From a virus (taxonomy: Duplodnaviria; Caudoviricetes): DNA of 64,000 bases. Below the pieces are notes generated by a model. That model was not told the DNA's origin. It did no database searches and worked only from the letters and a program-made list of their open reading frames with translations. Both the position numbers and the translations under genes were made by a program. The DNA lies in the IMG/VR virus record IMGVR_UViG_3300037067_012889, positions 96,001 through 160,000 of that record, one strand, 5' to 3'. Shown one piece after another: positions 48,926 through 58,665 of this stretch; position 1 is the stretch's first letter, and every line of letters starts with the position of its first letter.

Positions 48926-49969
48926 TTACCCCATTATAATCGACCATCGTACGACGATCATAAAATCGGAACTTTTCTTGAATGGTATTTTGAGAATGCG
49001 ATGGGAGAATAACCGTAGAGAATCCCTGAATATCCCTATCGATCCAGTGATAGCGGTTCCGTTGGCGTCAACGGGAGTGCGATCTAGGCCAATGTCGCTA
49101 CCGCCAATAAGTTTTGATGTAACCAGGTAATGATCATTTATTTGTGCTAGACTTCCGGTGGCAGTATCGCCAGCATTCACAATTTTGATTTGGTCTCCCT
49201 CTTTGATGACATCGACATATGCGGAATCGACAGAACTTATCGAGATCGTAGAAGTACCACTAGCTGTTGCAGTTATTGCCGTACCATCTGATCTGCCTTC
49301 TAAGAATATCTCTTTTGGATCGCATTCACATGCCCCGACAGTGTCAAGCTCTTTACCTCCGGCCAATGCGACCTCTGTGATAGTAAAATAATCCGTATCT
49401 GTCATTCCAAAGCCATTGTATTCGTCCTTGGTCAACGTAGTCTCAAAGACTACTATGTTATTCATTGCACGAACATCGTTCTGCATCAACGGTGTTCCTG
49501 CTGGCTGATATGTTGGTTGAAAGTATACTGATTCAACCTTCTTTAATGGTCTTCCTGGCTCCGAGATAGGAATCGCATTGATTAGACCTCCTTCATATTC
49601 TGCACCGACACCGAGTGTGATCGGTATCGTCAATCCAGTAATCGGATCTGTAGTATAATATCGAGGATCAGTAGTATCTAATGCTGCACCGTTTTCATCA
49701 AAGGAAGCACCAAATAAGATATATTTAGGTGCATAGTCGGCAGCGCTTAGACCACTAGAAACCCAAGCACCCGCTCCACTTGTTGCATTTGGGTCCCATA
49801 CTTTTTCATATGGCAACCGGTGCGCCAATATCTCCTTAGCACCAATTTTAACGATATTGTGCGTGCGGTTGTGCTCTAATACTCGACCGTTCCTATCTTT
49901 AATGATGATTTCGATCTCACCATCACAAATATGTCCAAGAGATTCATTTAGATTTAAGACATTATTCAT
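48926..49969 (-). CDS. Baseplate/tail structural protein
   Basis: G.IEI...NG......NIV...AKEILA; ITEVAL; LFS...PFKKSSDF.I..RW.I. Confidence 0.65.
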   Translation of the reverse strand: MNNVLNLNESLGHICDGEIEIIIKDRNGRVLEHNRTHNIVKIGAKEILAHRLPYEKVWDPNATSGAGAWVSSGLSAADYAPKYILFGASFDENGAALDTTDPRYYTTDPITGLTIPITLGVGAEYEGGLINAIPISEPGRPLKKVESVYFQPTYQPAGTPLMQNDVRAMNNIVVFETTLTKDEYNGFGMTDTDYFTITEVALAGGKELDTVGACECDPKEIFLEGRSDGTAITATASGTSTISISSVDSAYVDVIKEGDQIKIVNAGDTATGSLAQINDHYLVTSKLIGGSDIGLDRTPVDANGTAITGSIGIFRDSLRLFSHRILKIPFKKSSDFMIVVRWSIIMG

Positions 49970-49984
49970 ATCAAACCCTTTGGC

Positions 49985-50605
49985 TTATTTGAAATCTTTG
50001 AACATCCAATCAGACATTGCTTGGCATATGTGTCTAAATACTTCCAAGCTAAGCAATTCATCAAAAATCCAAACTGTTGGCTTGCGGACAATTAGCCATA
50101 AAGCATTCCATGGCCAAAGTATCGCCCACACGGCCAAACGTGCTTTATTGTTGTAATATTGGGGCGGAGTGATTTTTCCGTCCGATGCGACAGATAATCC
50201 ACTCTGATATCCAAAGTCATGAACTATATCGACCCAGCTTTCAAAAAGATTTTTGTTACTGGGGTTGATGGTCTCAACCTTATTACGTTTCAAAAAATCG
50301 GCTTTGGCCGTAGTCAATTTGTTGAGTAGACCTTTTAAGTAGATCGGCCATCTTATAAATATCGAGAAGATCATACCAATTACAATATAACCGATCGCAT
50401 ACAAAATTGGTGTCATCGGATGTTCTAATAACATCGGACCAATATTTGTGAAAAGTATTGCCAACACAATCGCAACAAACAAGATCGAGCTAGCCCAGCC
50501 AGTACTTGGCTCATCAACAGCAGAAAGAGCAATAAATACAATGCTTAAAATGGCCAATATTATCAAGGCCGCAATACCGTCAATCGCTAACAAAATAGTA
50601 ATCAT
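49985..50605 (-). CDS. Multi-TM membrane protein
   Basis: Three N-terminal TMs; NKARL..W..LWPW. Confidence 0.7.
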   Translation of the reverse strand: MITILLAIDGIAALIILAILSIVFIALSAVDEPSTGWASSILFVAIVLAILFTNIGPMLLEHPMTPILYAIGYIVIGMIFSIFIRWPIYLKGLLNKLTTAKADFLKRNKVETINPSNKNLFESWVDIVHDFGYQSGLSVASDGKITPPQYYNNKARLAVWAILWPWNALWLIVRKPTVWIFDELLSLEVFRHICQAMSDWMFKDFK

Positions 50606-51444
50606 ATTACAACGTCCGGAATTGAGAAGTTTGCCGAAATGATGTTGTTTATGACGACAGTAAACGTATCACCCGCACTAAGAGTAATGCCATTTAATAG
50701 CTTGATCGTCGTGACAGTATAATATTCGCAACTTCTCGGATCGACAAGCAAACCATTGATATAAACAAAAGGTCTCGTTTTTACGAGATCGACATCACCC
50801 TGCAATGTCACGGGAATAGGAATCTCAGTGGCGGTTGTTGAATTCACATAACCACTGAATGTCGATATTGGAGCAGCACCGCTCAGTTTGCTATTCACAG
50901 ATGTGTACCACGAGTCAAGTGTCACGGGCACACCACTAATTATCTCTAATTCAGTAGAAGTAGCAATACTAAGCCATGAACCTGAAATATTTTCAAGACT
51001 GCTACGCCAAATCTTAAGCGTAAGAGTATTCAAATCGAACCATAAAGTACCATCGCGATACTGCATTGGTTCATCATAAGATGACTGATTAGCCAATAAG
51101 CTCATATACCATATCAGCATCCAATCCCATCTTGGCTGCGCGTCTGGATATGGAAATCGTTCGTGATCTTGACCGGTTAAACCAACTTCGGTAGCAAAAT
51201 CGATAAGAGGTGCTGGGAAACGAAGTCTATTATCTGGTATGAGATTAACTGCCGAAAATGTAATAACTGCGGATCCTGCACCACTAATCAGTGTCAGTGT
51301 ACCGCTCGCTTCTGGTGCACCGGTCCCTGTTGTGGTCAGAAGGGTTGCACCTGTGATGGTATCGAGAACAGTGAACACATATCCGTTATTCGTATACGTA
51401 TCACCAGCAGTTGCATTGGCGGCAGTTATTGTGAAATTGTACAT
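50602..51444 (-). CDS. Putative virion structural protein
   Basis: P..YRDGTLWFD, VYINGLL, Thr/Gly-rich N-terminal module. Confidence 0.65.
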   Translation of the reverse strand: MYNFTITAANATAGDTYTNNGYVFTVLDTITGATLLTTTGTGAPEASGTLTLISGAGSAVITFSAVNLIPDNRLRFPAPLIDFATEVGLTGQDHERFPYPDAQPRWDWMLIWYMSLLANQSSYDEPMQYRDGTLWFDLNTLTLKIWRSSLENISGSWLSIATSTELEIISGVPVTLDSWYTSVNSKLSGAAPISTFSGYVNSTTATEIPIPVTLQGDVDLVKTRPFVYINGLLVDPRSCEYYTVTTIKLLNGITLSAGDTFTVVINNIISANFSIPDVVI

Positions 51445-52559
51445 TATTCTCGTTCTGGTTCTTGGGCTGGTGGCGCATACTTACCAGTGATTTGGTCTAC
51501 CAATCCAGAAATCTCCTTCTGGTGGTCGCCTAATTCTTTTGCATGCTGCTTTGCGGCATCAAGCTCAAGTTTTTTGGCATTTGGTGATTTGCCAAGTGCC
51601 ACAGACCAAAGAGCCGCCATGGTCTCTTCAAATACCTTCTTATCCGATAATGTCATGGGCTCAACTCGCCATTTCTCATCTCCACTCTTACCCTTGAAGA
51701 CGATTACATGCGAGCCGGGCTCTGCAACATGCCATGTAACTCCCGCTTTTTTCAATGCATCTTTAAGCGTAATTCCAGATTTTGTTTTGGCACTAAGTGC
51801 TTGCTCCAACATTTCAACGCCAACTTTTGGTTGAGCGGCACCATCAGGGACAGCGATACCTTTTAAAGCTTCGTTTAAGCTCTTATTTAATAGCACTTTA
51901 CGATCTTCATAGAAACGGTCTTTAGCACGTGGTGGCTCGTTTTCGTCCGGCTCCCACTCAGTTTTCCGGCCAGTACCGATCCATCCACCGGCTAATTTAT
52001 CATAACCGCGCTCTGTCGCCTCAGCTTCCTGCGATTTTTCGAACAACGCGCGAACGGCCTTGCCAAATTCTTTATGATCTCGAAATGCCCTCTTGGCGGC
52101 ATCAAAATTGAACCATTCATTTTGAGCTTGCTGCTCGACTTGATCTGGTCGACTGATATGGCCGACTCGTAGGACGCGCTCAAGACCAGATCTAATAATA
52201 TCTGACGTATCGCCCTCAAAAGCCTCATTAAGGTTACGATAGAATCTACCAAATTTACTATCCATAGAGTGAACAACTGACGATATATTGATTTTTGGAT
52301 TTGACGACATAATTACCAGTGTTCCAGATGAAATATTCCTAGATTCAACAATAATATCGTTTACTACCGCAATCTTTCGCAGTTCTTCGAATATTCCCAT
52401 TAATGGTCGTGTCGACAACACAACTCGCAAATTATCTTCACTGATCAGTAATTCTGTATCAATAGCGGCGTCATAGCACGACTGATTAAAATATTTATGT
52501 ACCGTATAAAGTTTATCCACAATCAGCTCCTTGGCGGTATCAGATGATGTACTTAACAT
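51444..52559 (-). CDS. Charged hypothetical protein, possible head-associated protein (start uncertain)
   Basis: Long ORF with LNE motifs. Confidence 0.6.
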   Translation of the reverse strand: MLSTSSDTAKELIVDKLYTVHKYFNQSCYDAAIDTELLISEDNLRVVLSTRPLMGIFEELRKIAVVNDIIVESRNISSGTLVIMSSNPKINISSVVHSMDSKFGRFYRNLNEAFEGDTSDIIRSGLERVLRVGHISRPDQVEQQAQNEWFNFDAAKRAFRDHKEFGKAVRALFEKSQEAEATERGYDKLAGGWIGTGRKTEWEPDENEPPRAKDRFYEDRKVLLNKSLNEALKGIAVPDGAAQPKVGVEMLEQALSAKTKSGITLKDALKKAGVTWHVAEPGSHVIVFKGKSGDEKWRVEPMTLSDKKVFEETMAALWSVALGKSPNAKKLELDAAKQHAKELGDHQKEISGLVDQITGKYAPPAQEPERE

Positions 52560-52578
52560 CCTGAGTATCTTTGACAAT

Positions 52579-53205
52579 ATGATACATTATTTAATTGGAA
52601 TCTTAACCGGCTGGAGAATGGCGTCGCGTAGAGCAAATTGTCTTCGTACATGGTTGCCTGAATGCGATCTATTAAATATACCAGCAGTTTTTGCATTCGG
52701 TTCAAAAGACCTACTAGCACCAGAGCTCTATGGTCGTGCATTATTATTACCATGTCCAGATACATACGAAGAATTACCACAACGAACAAGATGGTTATGT
52801 AAATGGGCGTTGGGCCGTGACGATTGGGATTATTTATTAAAGTGTGATGATGACACTTACGTCTCTGCACTACGACTTTCAGAATATCAACCAAAAGGAG
52901 AGTATGTCGGATGTGACTATGGATCGTTTTGTTCTGGTGGAGCTGGTTATTTGATATCACGAAAATGCGTTGAAATCATAGCTGATAATATGCTAGCTAC
53001 ACGCGGAGCCGAGGATGTTATTGTCGGTAAGACTTTACACTCTCATGGTGTACAATTAACACACGATCCACGATTTATATCATATGGTAGCGATTCATTA
53101 CGACCATCTACTGGGAATGATTTTATAACTGCACATAGAATATCAGATAACACATTAGATATTATCGATAAAGAAATAGGCATTAGATCAAGATTTCACA
53201 TCTAG
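52579..53205 (+). CDS. GT31 (Fringe/beta-1,3-glycosyltransferase-like) glycosyltransferase
   Basis: YEELP..T, LLKCDDDTYV, SGGAGYLIS, EDVIVG, TAH. Confidence 0.85.
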   Translation: MIHYLIGILTGWRMASRRANCLRTWLPECDLLNIPAVFAFGSKDLLAPELYGRALLLPCPDTYEELPQRTRWLCKWALGRDDWDYLLKCDDDTYVSALRLSEYQPKGEYVGCDYGSFCSGGAGYLISRKCVEIIADNMLATRGAEDVIVGKTLHSHGVQLTHDPRFISYGSDSLRPSTGNDFITAHRISDNTLDIIDKEIGIRSRFHI

Positions 53206-53261
53206 AAGATCTGTTTCGTAGATAATCAAAGATAATATATTTCACATGGTGGAGAGCACGC

Positions 53262-54992
53262 ATGCCAACTATCAATCCGTCCCTAGTACCCACAGTAGCG
53301 CCAGGGAATCTATTTGCGGCATTAACTACTGATTCGACACTAAATGTGCGGTGGATCACGCCGACTGACCCTGTCTATTATGAAGCGATGAATCGCCCAA
53401 TGGCTGATATCACCCTTCGGCAGCTTATCCTTGCGAAGACTCTTGATTCGTTGAGCATTAGCATTGGTCACGAAGCAATTTTCCCATTCCTAATCCAGGC
53501 AAGAGTTATCAACTCAACTACAAATGCTCCATTGCCGAATGGATGGATTTGGGATTTACATATGTCAACACCATATAAATGGCAGGATTTCAGACTCGCC
53601 AAAATCAAGCGTATTATAGGCGGCACAAATCCTGGTACTACCGGCACATATACTGGTACGATGCGTTTGATTTTCTCAGCAGTCAACAGCGATTCTCCAA
53701 CAATAGAAACATCGTTATTCACTGCAGATTATATCCTAGATAGTAGTTTAACATATCAAAGGGCAAGGCTGGCAGTCTGTACAGAAGATGACGTCAATAT
53801 TAGCGAAGAAGCCAGTGAGACGATAAAAGGATTTATCACTTTCCGGACATTGCTACAAGACGATCCAATCGTACAAGCATTTTATGATCTGTGTCTGCCA
53901 TCTCCTACGACTACTATAACATACCAGATTGCTGGAACCGGTGCGTCGCCAACAGAAATCGATAGCTACTCAGATTCAGTCGTAAGCCATGGTACAGGAT
54001 TATTGGTCGATAGCTGCAACAATGCTATTCCAAATACCGAGAGTGATGCGTCATCGTGGCTAAGTGCCTTCAATTACCCATTCGACGTCGATGCTAGCAG
54101 AACATCGAATGGGACATTCATAACCACTATCCCATCCGGAATATTCCGCGAATTCAATATCGTAGCACCTGCCGGTGATGAACCAACTGGCGACACAACA
54201 GGAACTTATTTCCCAGTATGGATTAGCAGAATCCAGCCAATCGGAACCACCAATAATCAATTAAGATTCTATTTTGCAACACATAACACCACAAGGCTAA
54301 GTCCATCACCAGACGCCATCGAATTTGCGAGACTTGATTTACTTCGTAGTATGGTTCCCGGCGATATTGTTGCGATAGAGGAAACCAACGACCTGCTACT
54401 TCATTCCGGTACCGACGACGATTTATATTATCAAGGTTTCGGAAAAGGACACGTGGTTCTTAGTAGCTTGTGGGGTTCTACTTCAACAGTAATTGATAAT
54501 TTCTTTGATACTTTCGACTCTCTATTAGCAGATCAATATGCCAGCTTCTTACAGACAGCGACAAGGATAAGTTCTTTTGGTGTTAGTCGAGTTCCCAAAT
54601 TCGCACCAACAGATGGTCAATGTAGAGCGATGGTAGGTTCGACATCTAGTTTATCGACACCGATACCACCATCTGAAACAAACCGATTTGTCGCAGAACT
54701 AGATCAAGGATTGGGAGATACTATTGATCTCGATTCACAGTCTGGAATCACAGCTGTAGATGGCATAAGCAGATATGGTTATACTGGTGGTCTTGTAAGA
54801 AAGTCAGTACAACTCTGTCTTGATTATACAAAACTACCAGAAGATACGGATACGACTGCGAATGCTTTTTATGAAGATTATGTACTACCTAGGCTAACGA
54901 TACTTCTAGGCCGCTCACCAATTTACGGAGATGAATGGTACAATGGTACTGTCTTCCTCCGCTTCAATGGTGATACTTGGCAGAGCCAATAA
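53262..54992 (+). CDS. Putative virion structural protein
   Basis: DPVYYEAMNRP..D; late motif at 53227. Confidence 0.7.
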   Translation: MPTINPSLVPTVAPGNLFAALTTDSTLNVRWITPTDPVYYEAMNRPMADITLRQLILAKTLDSLSISIGHEAIFPFLIQARVINSTTNAPLPNGWIWDLHMSTPYKWQDFRLAKIKRIIGGTNPGTTGTYTGTMRLIFSAVNSDSPTIETSLFTADYILDSSLTYQRARLAVCTEDDVNISEEASETIKGFITFRTLLQDDPIVQAFYDLCLPSPTTTITYQIAGTGASPTEIDSYSDSVVSHGTGLLVDSCNNAIPNTESDASSWLSAFNYPFDVDASRTSNGTFITTIPSGIFREFNIVAPAGDEPTGDTTGTYFPVWISRIQPIGTTNNQLRFYFATHNTTRLSPSPDAIEFARLDLLRSMVPGDIVAIEETNDLLLHSGTDDDLYYQGFGKGHVVLSSLWGSTSTVIDNFFDTFDSLLADQYASFLQTATRISSFGVSRVPKFAPTDGQCRAMVGSTSSLSTPIPPSETNRFVAELDQGLGDTIDLDSQSGITAVDGISRYGYTGGLVRKSVQLCLDYTKLPEDTDTTANAFYEDYVLPRLTILLGRSPIYGDEWYNGTVFLRFNGDTWQSQ

Positions 54993-55077
54993 TGCTAAGT
55001 ATAGGCAGCTGCCTATACGACTTGTAATAATTCAAATTTACAATAGATCGAAAAACACCACTAGCCATCAAAACGTT

Positions 55078-55617
55078 ATGGATTCTCTATACATACGTGG
55101 AAAATTCGCTGTCGAGCATTGGTATCGTGGAAAACTGATTGGGTTACATCCATGTCATAACGATACCACGAACGAGGGCAAAAACAGATTTCTAAATATT
55201 AGTTTTCATAAATATACTGCTATTACAAGCTGGTATATGAGTCTCATTGACAATGTTGGATATACTGCAGTAGCTGCAACAGACACATATGCAAATATCG
55301 GATTGGCTGGCAATACTTGGTCTGAATTCGCCTCATACACCGACACAAATAATGGCGAGAACGCTACGACAAGACCACTTTGGATAACAAGCCCGGCATC
55401 TGGTCCATCTATCGCAAACGCTACTAAGATATTGTTTACTTCAACTGCCATAGGTGTCGTCAGGGGCATCTTTGTAGTTGGCGGATCAGCAAATGCACAA
55501 CTCAAGAGTGATAATTCGTCTAGCAATAGCATCATGTGGGCAACTGCATTATTTGATTTACCTTTTGCCATGTTTGTTGGTAGCATATTAAAAGCGACAT
55601 ACACGATCAACGCGTGA
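55078..55617 (+). CDS. Virion protein, paralogue A of 61265..61795 (likely start MDSLYIRG)
   Basis: GKFAVEHW.RGKL, NEGK, LIDN, WSEF, TRP.W, G.FVVGG, LK.TYT. Confidence 0.75.
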   Translation: MDSLYIRGKFAVEHWYRGKLIGLHPCHNDTTNEGKNRFLNISFHKYTAITSWYMSLIDNVGYTAVAATDTYANIGLAGNTWSEFASYTDTNNGENATTRPLWITSPASGPSIANATKILFTSTAIGVVRGIFVVGGSANAQLKSDNSSSNSIMWATALFDLPFAMFVGSILKATYTINA

Positions 55618-55624
55618 GGTAGTT

Positions 55625-56623
55625 ATGTCTTTACTTTGGGTTGACGGATTTGAAGGATATGGCCCGAGCGGCGATCCAACTACCTTATTGGGATATCGTG
55701 GATATGGAACTAGTCAAACTAATCATTCGTCTATAACTACAGGACGCATAACGGGATATTGCATATCTGCTAATGATATTTATAGCCCAGGATTCTCAAC
55801 ACCATCTTTAACAATTAACCCAACATTGATTGCCGGTATTGCTTTTAAACTAAATAATGGCTATATCACAATACAGTTCATGGATAATACCATAAATGGT
55901 ATAGGCGTCACAATCAATCAGACTTCGATAGTGATAAAATTAGGTACTACAACCATTAGTACCACCAGCCTAACATTGACGACACTCACCTGGTTTTATG
56001 CCGAGGTAAAAGTATTTTGTCACGCTACTGCCGGAACTGTTGAAGTGCGTTTAAATGGCTCGACGATTGTATCATTGACAGGCATAAATACTAAAAACAG
56101 TTATGACGATTACAACAATGTCATCTATACAGAATTACACTATGCATGGTTGGACGACTACTACATTTGCGATGGTTCTGGTTTGACTGTAAATGATTTT
56201 CAGGGATTTTGCAGGGTAGTAGGTTTGTTGCCTAATGCTGATACATTAACAGAACAATGGTCGACGAGTACTGGTACAGATCATTATGCATTAGTAGATG
56301 AGAATCCGCCAAATACAACCGATTATGTTTATAGTGGCACACAAGGCCAAACAGACTTATACATATATCCACCATTGCCTGCTGCTATTGGTCCAATCAT
56401 AGGACTACAAGTTGCTACACAATCCAAAGTATTTTCCGGAACCGGTGCAATTGTAGAAGCACCAATCACATCATATGGCGTTACTGATGCAGGCACAGAT
56501 GCAATAGTTAAAAGTACGACGTACTCTGATATGCGACGTATAAGCATAACAGATCCGAGTACAGGATTGCCATGGACCGCAGCGGGATTATCAGCAGCAC
56601 AAATAGGCATAAAGGTGATGTAA
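55625..56623 (+). CDS. Lectin/ConA-like virion protein, paralogue 1
   Basis: LLWVDGFEG; WFY.EVKV.CH.T.GTVEVR.NG; DD.Y.CDGSG; DP.TGLPWT...AQIGIKVM. Confidence 0.8.
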   Translation: MSLLWVDGFEGYGPSGDPTTLLGYRGYGTSQTNHSSITTGRITGYCISANDIYSPGFSTPSLTINPTLIAGIAFKLNNGYITIQFMDNTINGIGVTINQTSIVIKLGTTTISTTSLTLTTLTWFYAEVKVFCHATAGTVEVRLNGSTIVSLTGINTKNSYDDYNNVIYTELHYAWLDDYYICDGSGLTVNDFQGFCRVVGLLPNADTLTEQWSTSTGTDHYALVDENPPNTTDYVYSGTQGQTDLYIYPPLPAAIGPIIGLQVATQSKVFSGTGAIVEAPITSYGVTDAGTDAIVKSTTYSDMRRISITDPSTGLPWTAAGLSAAQIGIKVM

Positions 56624-56625
56624 AT

Positions 56626-57639
56626 ATGGCCTTACTTTGGATTGACGGGTTCGAAGGATATGGTGCAAGTAGTAATCCTACAACCATATCTGCACGCTAC
56701 CCATATTCCGGAAGTCTAGATCATTCAACGATTATGCCAGGGCGTATTACTGGATATAGTTGGGGAGCGACGGCTAACTATAGCCCATATATTTCTACAC
56801 CAGTTTTAACAACTAATCCAACACTGATATCGGGTTGTGCCTTTTTATTCACTACAGTTGGAAGTTATACTATATTGTCTTTTTATGACAATGCGACATT
56901 AGGTATAAATGTAACATTTACATCGACAGCCCCAAATTCTACAATCGTGGTAAAACTTGGGGCGGCTACACTTGCTACTTATACTAATTTTTTACTTGCA
57001 ACATATACATGGTTTTATGTTGAAATGAAAGTGTTTTGCCATGCCACGAGCGGCACCGTTGAAATTAAACTCAATGGCACAACTGTTATAACATTAACCG
57101 GTATCAATACTAAAGCGGGTTCTGATTCATATCATACTGCTGCCAATATCGCTTTGTGGTATGGATATGTTGATGATTTTTATGTCTGCGATGGTTCTGG
57201 ATCGGCACAAAATGATTTTCTTGGTACGTGCAGAGTACTGGGCATTTTCCCAAACGCAGACACAGATGTAGAGCAATGGACACCAAGTACAATCGGAGCA
57301 CATTATCAACTGGTCGATGAAAACCCGCCAAATACGAGTGATTACGTAGAGAGCCCAACACAAGGACAGATCGATTTATATAGATATCCTAGCTTAATCG
57401 GTTCCGGCACAATTATAGGATTACAAGTAAGTACAACAGTCGAAATAGCTACAGGGACGTCTATGGTCATAGAGGCACCGATCATATCGCATGGTGTCAC
57501 AGACTTAGGACCAGACACAACAGTGACCGGTGCTACATATGTAGATGTACGACATGTAAGCACAACAGATCCATATACTGGACTGCCGTGGACAGTAGCA
57601 AACTTGGCAGCAGCACAAATAGGAATAAGGGTAATGTAA
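56626..57639 (+). CDS. Lectin/ConA-like virion protein, paralogue 2
   Basis: Same motifs; real start MALLWIDG at 56626. Confidence 0.8.
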   Translation: MALLWIDGFEGYGASSNPTTISARYPYSGSLDHSTIMPGRITGYSWGATANYSPYISTPVLTTNPTLISGCAFLFTTVGSYTILSFYDNATLGINVTFTSTAPNSTIVVKLGAATLATYTNFLLATYTWFYVEMKVFCHATSGTVEIKLNGTTVITLTGINTKAGSDSYHTAANIALWYGYVDDFYVCDGSGSAQNDFLGTCRVLGIFPNADTDVEQWTPSTIGAHYQLVDENPPNTSDYVESPTQGQIDLYRYPSLIGSGTIIGLQVSTTVEIATGTSMVIEAPIISHGVTDLGPDTTVTGATYVDVRHVSTTDPYTGLPWTVANLAAAQIGIRVM

Positions 57640-58664
57640 TGGCTCTACTTTGGATCGACGGATTTGATGGATATGCAGTTAGTGGTGGAAATCCATCGGC
57701 TGCGATGGCATTACGATATGGATCTATTGGAGGATCGAGCTATTTCGGTATTTTCGCCGGTCACGTTAGTGGTTATGCTGTAGGAGTAAGCAATGGACTC
57801 TCGGACGTCTATTTCGTAACGCCATCGTTAACAACCAATCCGACATTAATAGCAGGATGTGCTTTTTATTTCACAAGTACTGGCTCTACTGCATTGATAC
57901 GATTTTACGACAATGCGGCCAATGGAATATACGTTTATATGTCTCCGACAGTACCTTCGACCATATCGATAAAATCTTCTACCGATGCAGTATTAGCTAC
58001 TTATACTAATTTCTTGCTCGCACTAAACACATGGTATTATGTTGAAGTTAAAACATATTGTCATGCAACTGCCGGAACTGTCGAAGTACGTGTAAACGGT
58101 GTGACTGTTTTGACATTGACAGGAGCTAATACGAAGGCTGGTGTCGATAATTGGAATACTGCTATTATGTTCGACGGAATTAAAAACGTTTATTTCGACG
58201 ATGTCTATGTTTGCGATGGTTCTGGTTCAACACTAAATGATTTCCTAGGACTTTGCAGAGTTTTTGGATTGTTTCCAAATTCCGACACAGCCACAGAACA
58301 ATGGACACCGAGCGTTGCAGGACCACACTATGCACTAGTTGACGAGAATCCACCAAACACAACTGATTATGTATCGACCAACGTACAAGCAGCTACAGAT
58401 CTATACAAATATCCAAGCCTACTTGGTACAGCGACGGTCCTAGGAGTGCAGGTAAGTACGCAAATGATGTTGTCGTCAGGTGTGTGTGCTATTGTAGAAT
58501 CGCCAATAGTGTCAAATGGCGTCACCGAGACAGGACCAGACACAAATTTTTCAAGTGCTACGTATCTCGATGTACGACATATAAGCACAACAGATCCAAA
58601 TACTGGACTACCATGGACGATATCAAACTTAGCAGCAGCAGAAATTGGGATAAAGGTGATGTAG
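57639..58664 (+). CDS. Lectin/ConA-like virion protein, paralogue 3
   Basis: Same motifs; TAATG coupling at 57637-57641. Confidence 0.8.
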   Translation: MALLWIDGFDGYAVSGGNPSAAMALRYGSIGGSSYFGIFAGHVSGYAVGVSNGLSDVYFVTPSLTTNPTLIAGCAFYFTSTGSTALIRFYDNAANGIYVYMSPTVPSTISIKSSTDAVLATYTNFLLALNTWYYVEVKTYCHATAGTVEVRVNGVTVLTLTGANTKAGVDNWNTAIMFDGIKNVYFDDVYVCDGSGSTLNDFLGLCRVFGLFPNSDTATEQWTPSVAGPHYALVDENPPNTTDYVSTNVQAATDLYKYPSLLGTATVLGVQVSTQMMLSSGVCAIVESPIVSNGVTETGPDTNFSSATYLDVRHISTTDPNTGLPWTISNLAAAEIGIKVM

Positions 58665-58665
58665 T

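Noticed and set aside
54931-57638. N-terminal extensions in the ORF track for 54931, 56572 and 57588 (also 27388, 52531, 60088)
   Set aside because: Paralogue alignment, RBS position and stop-start coupling point to later starts at 55078, 56626, 57639, 27343, 52579 and 60109.
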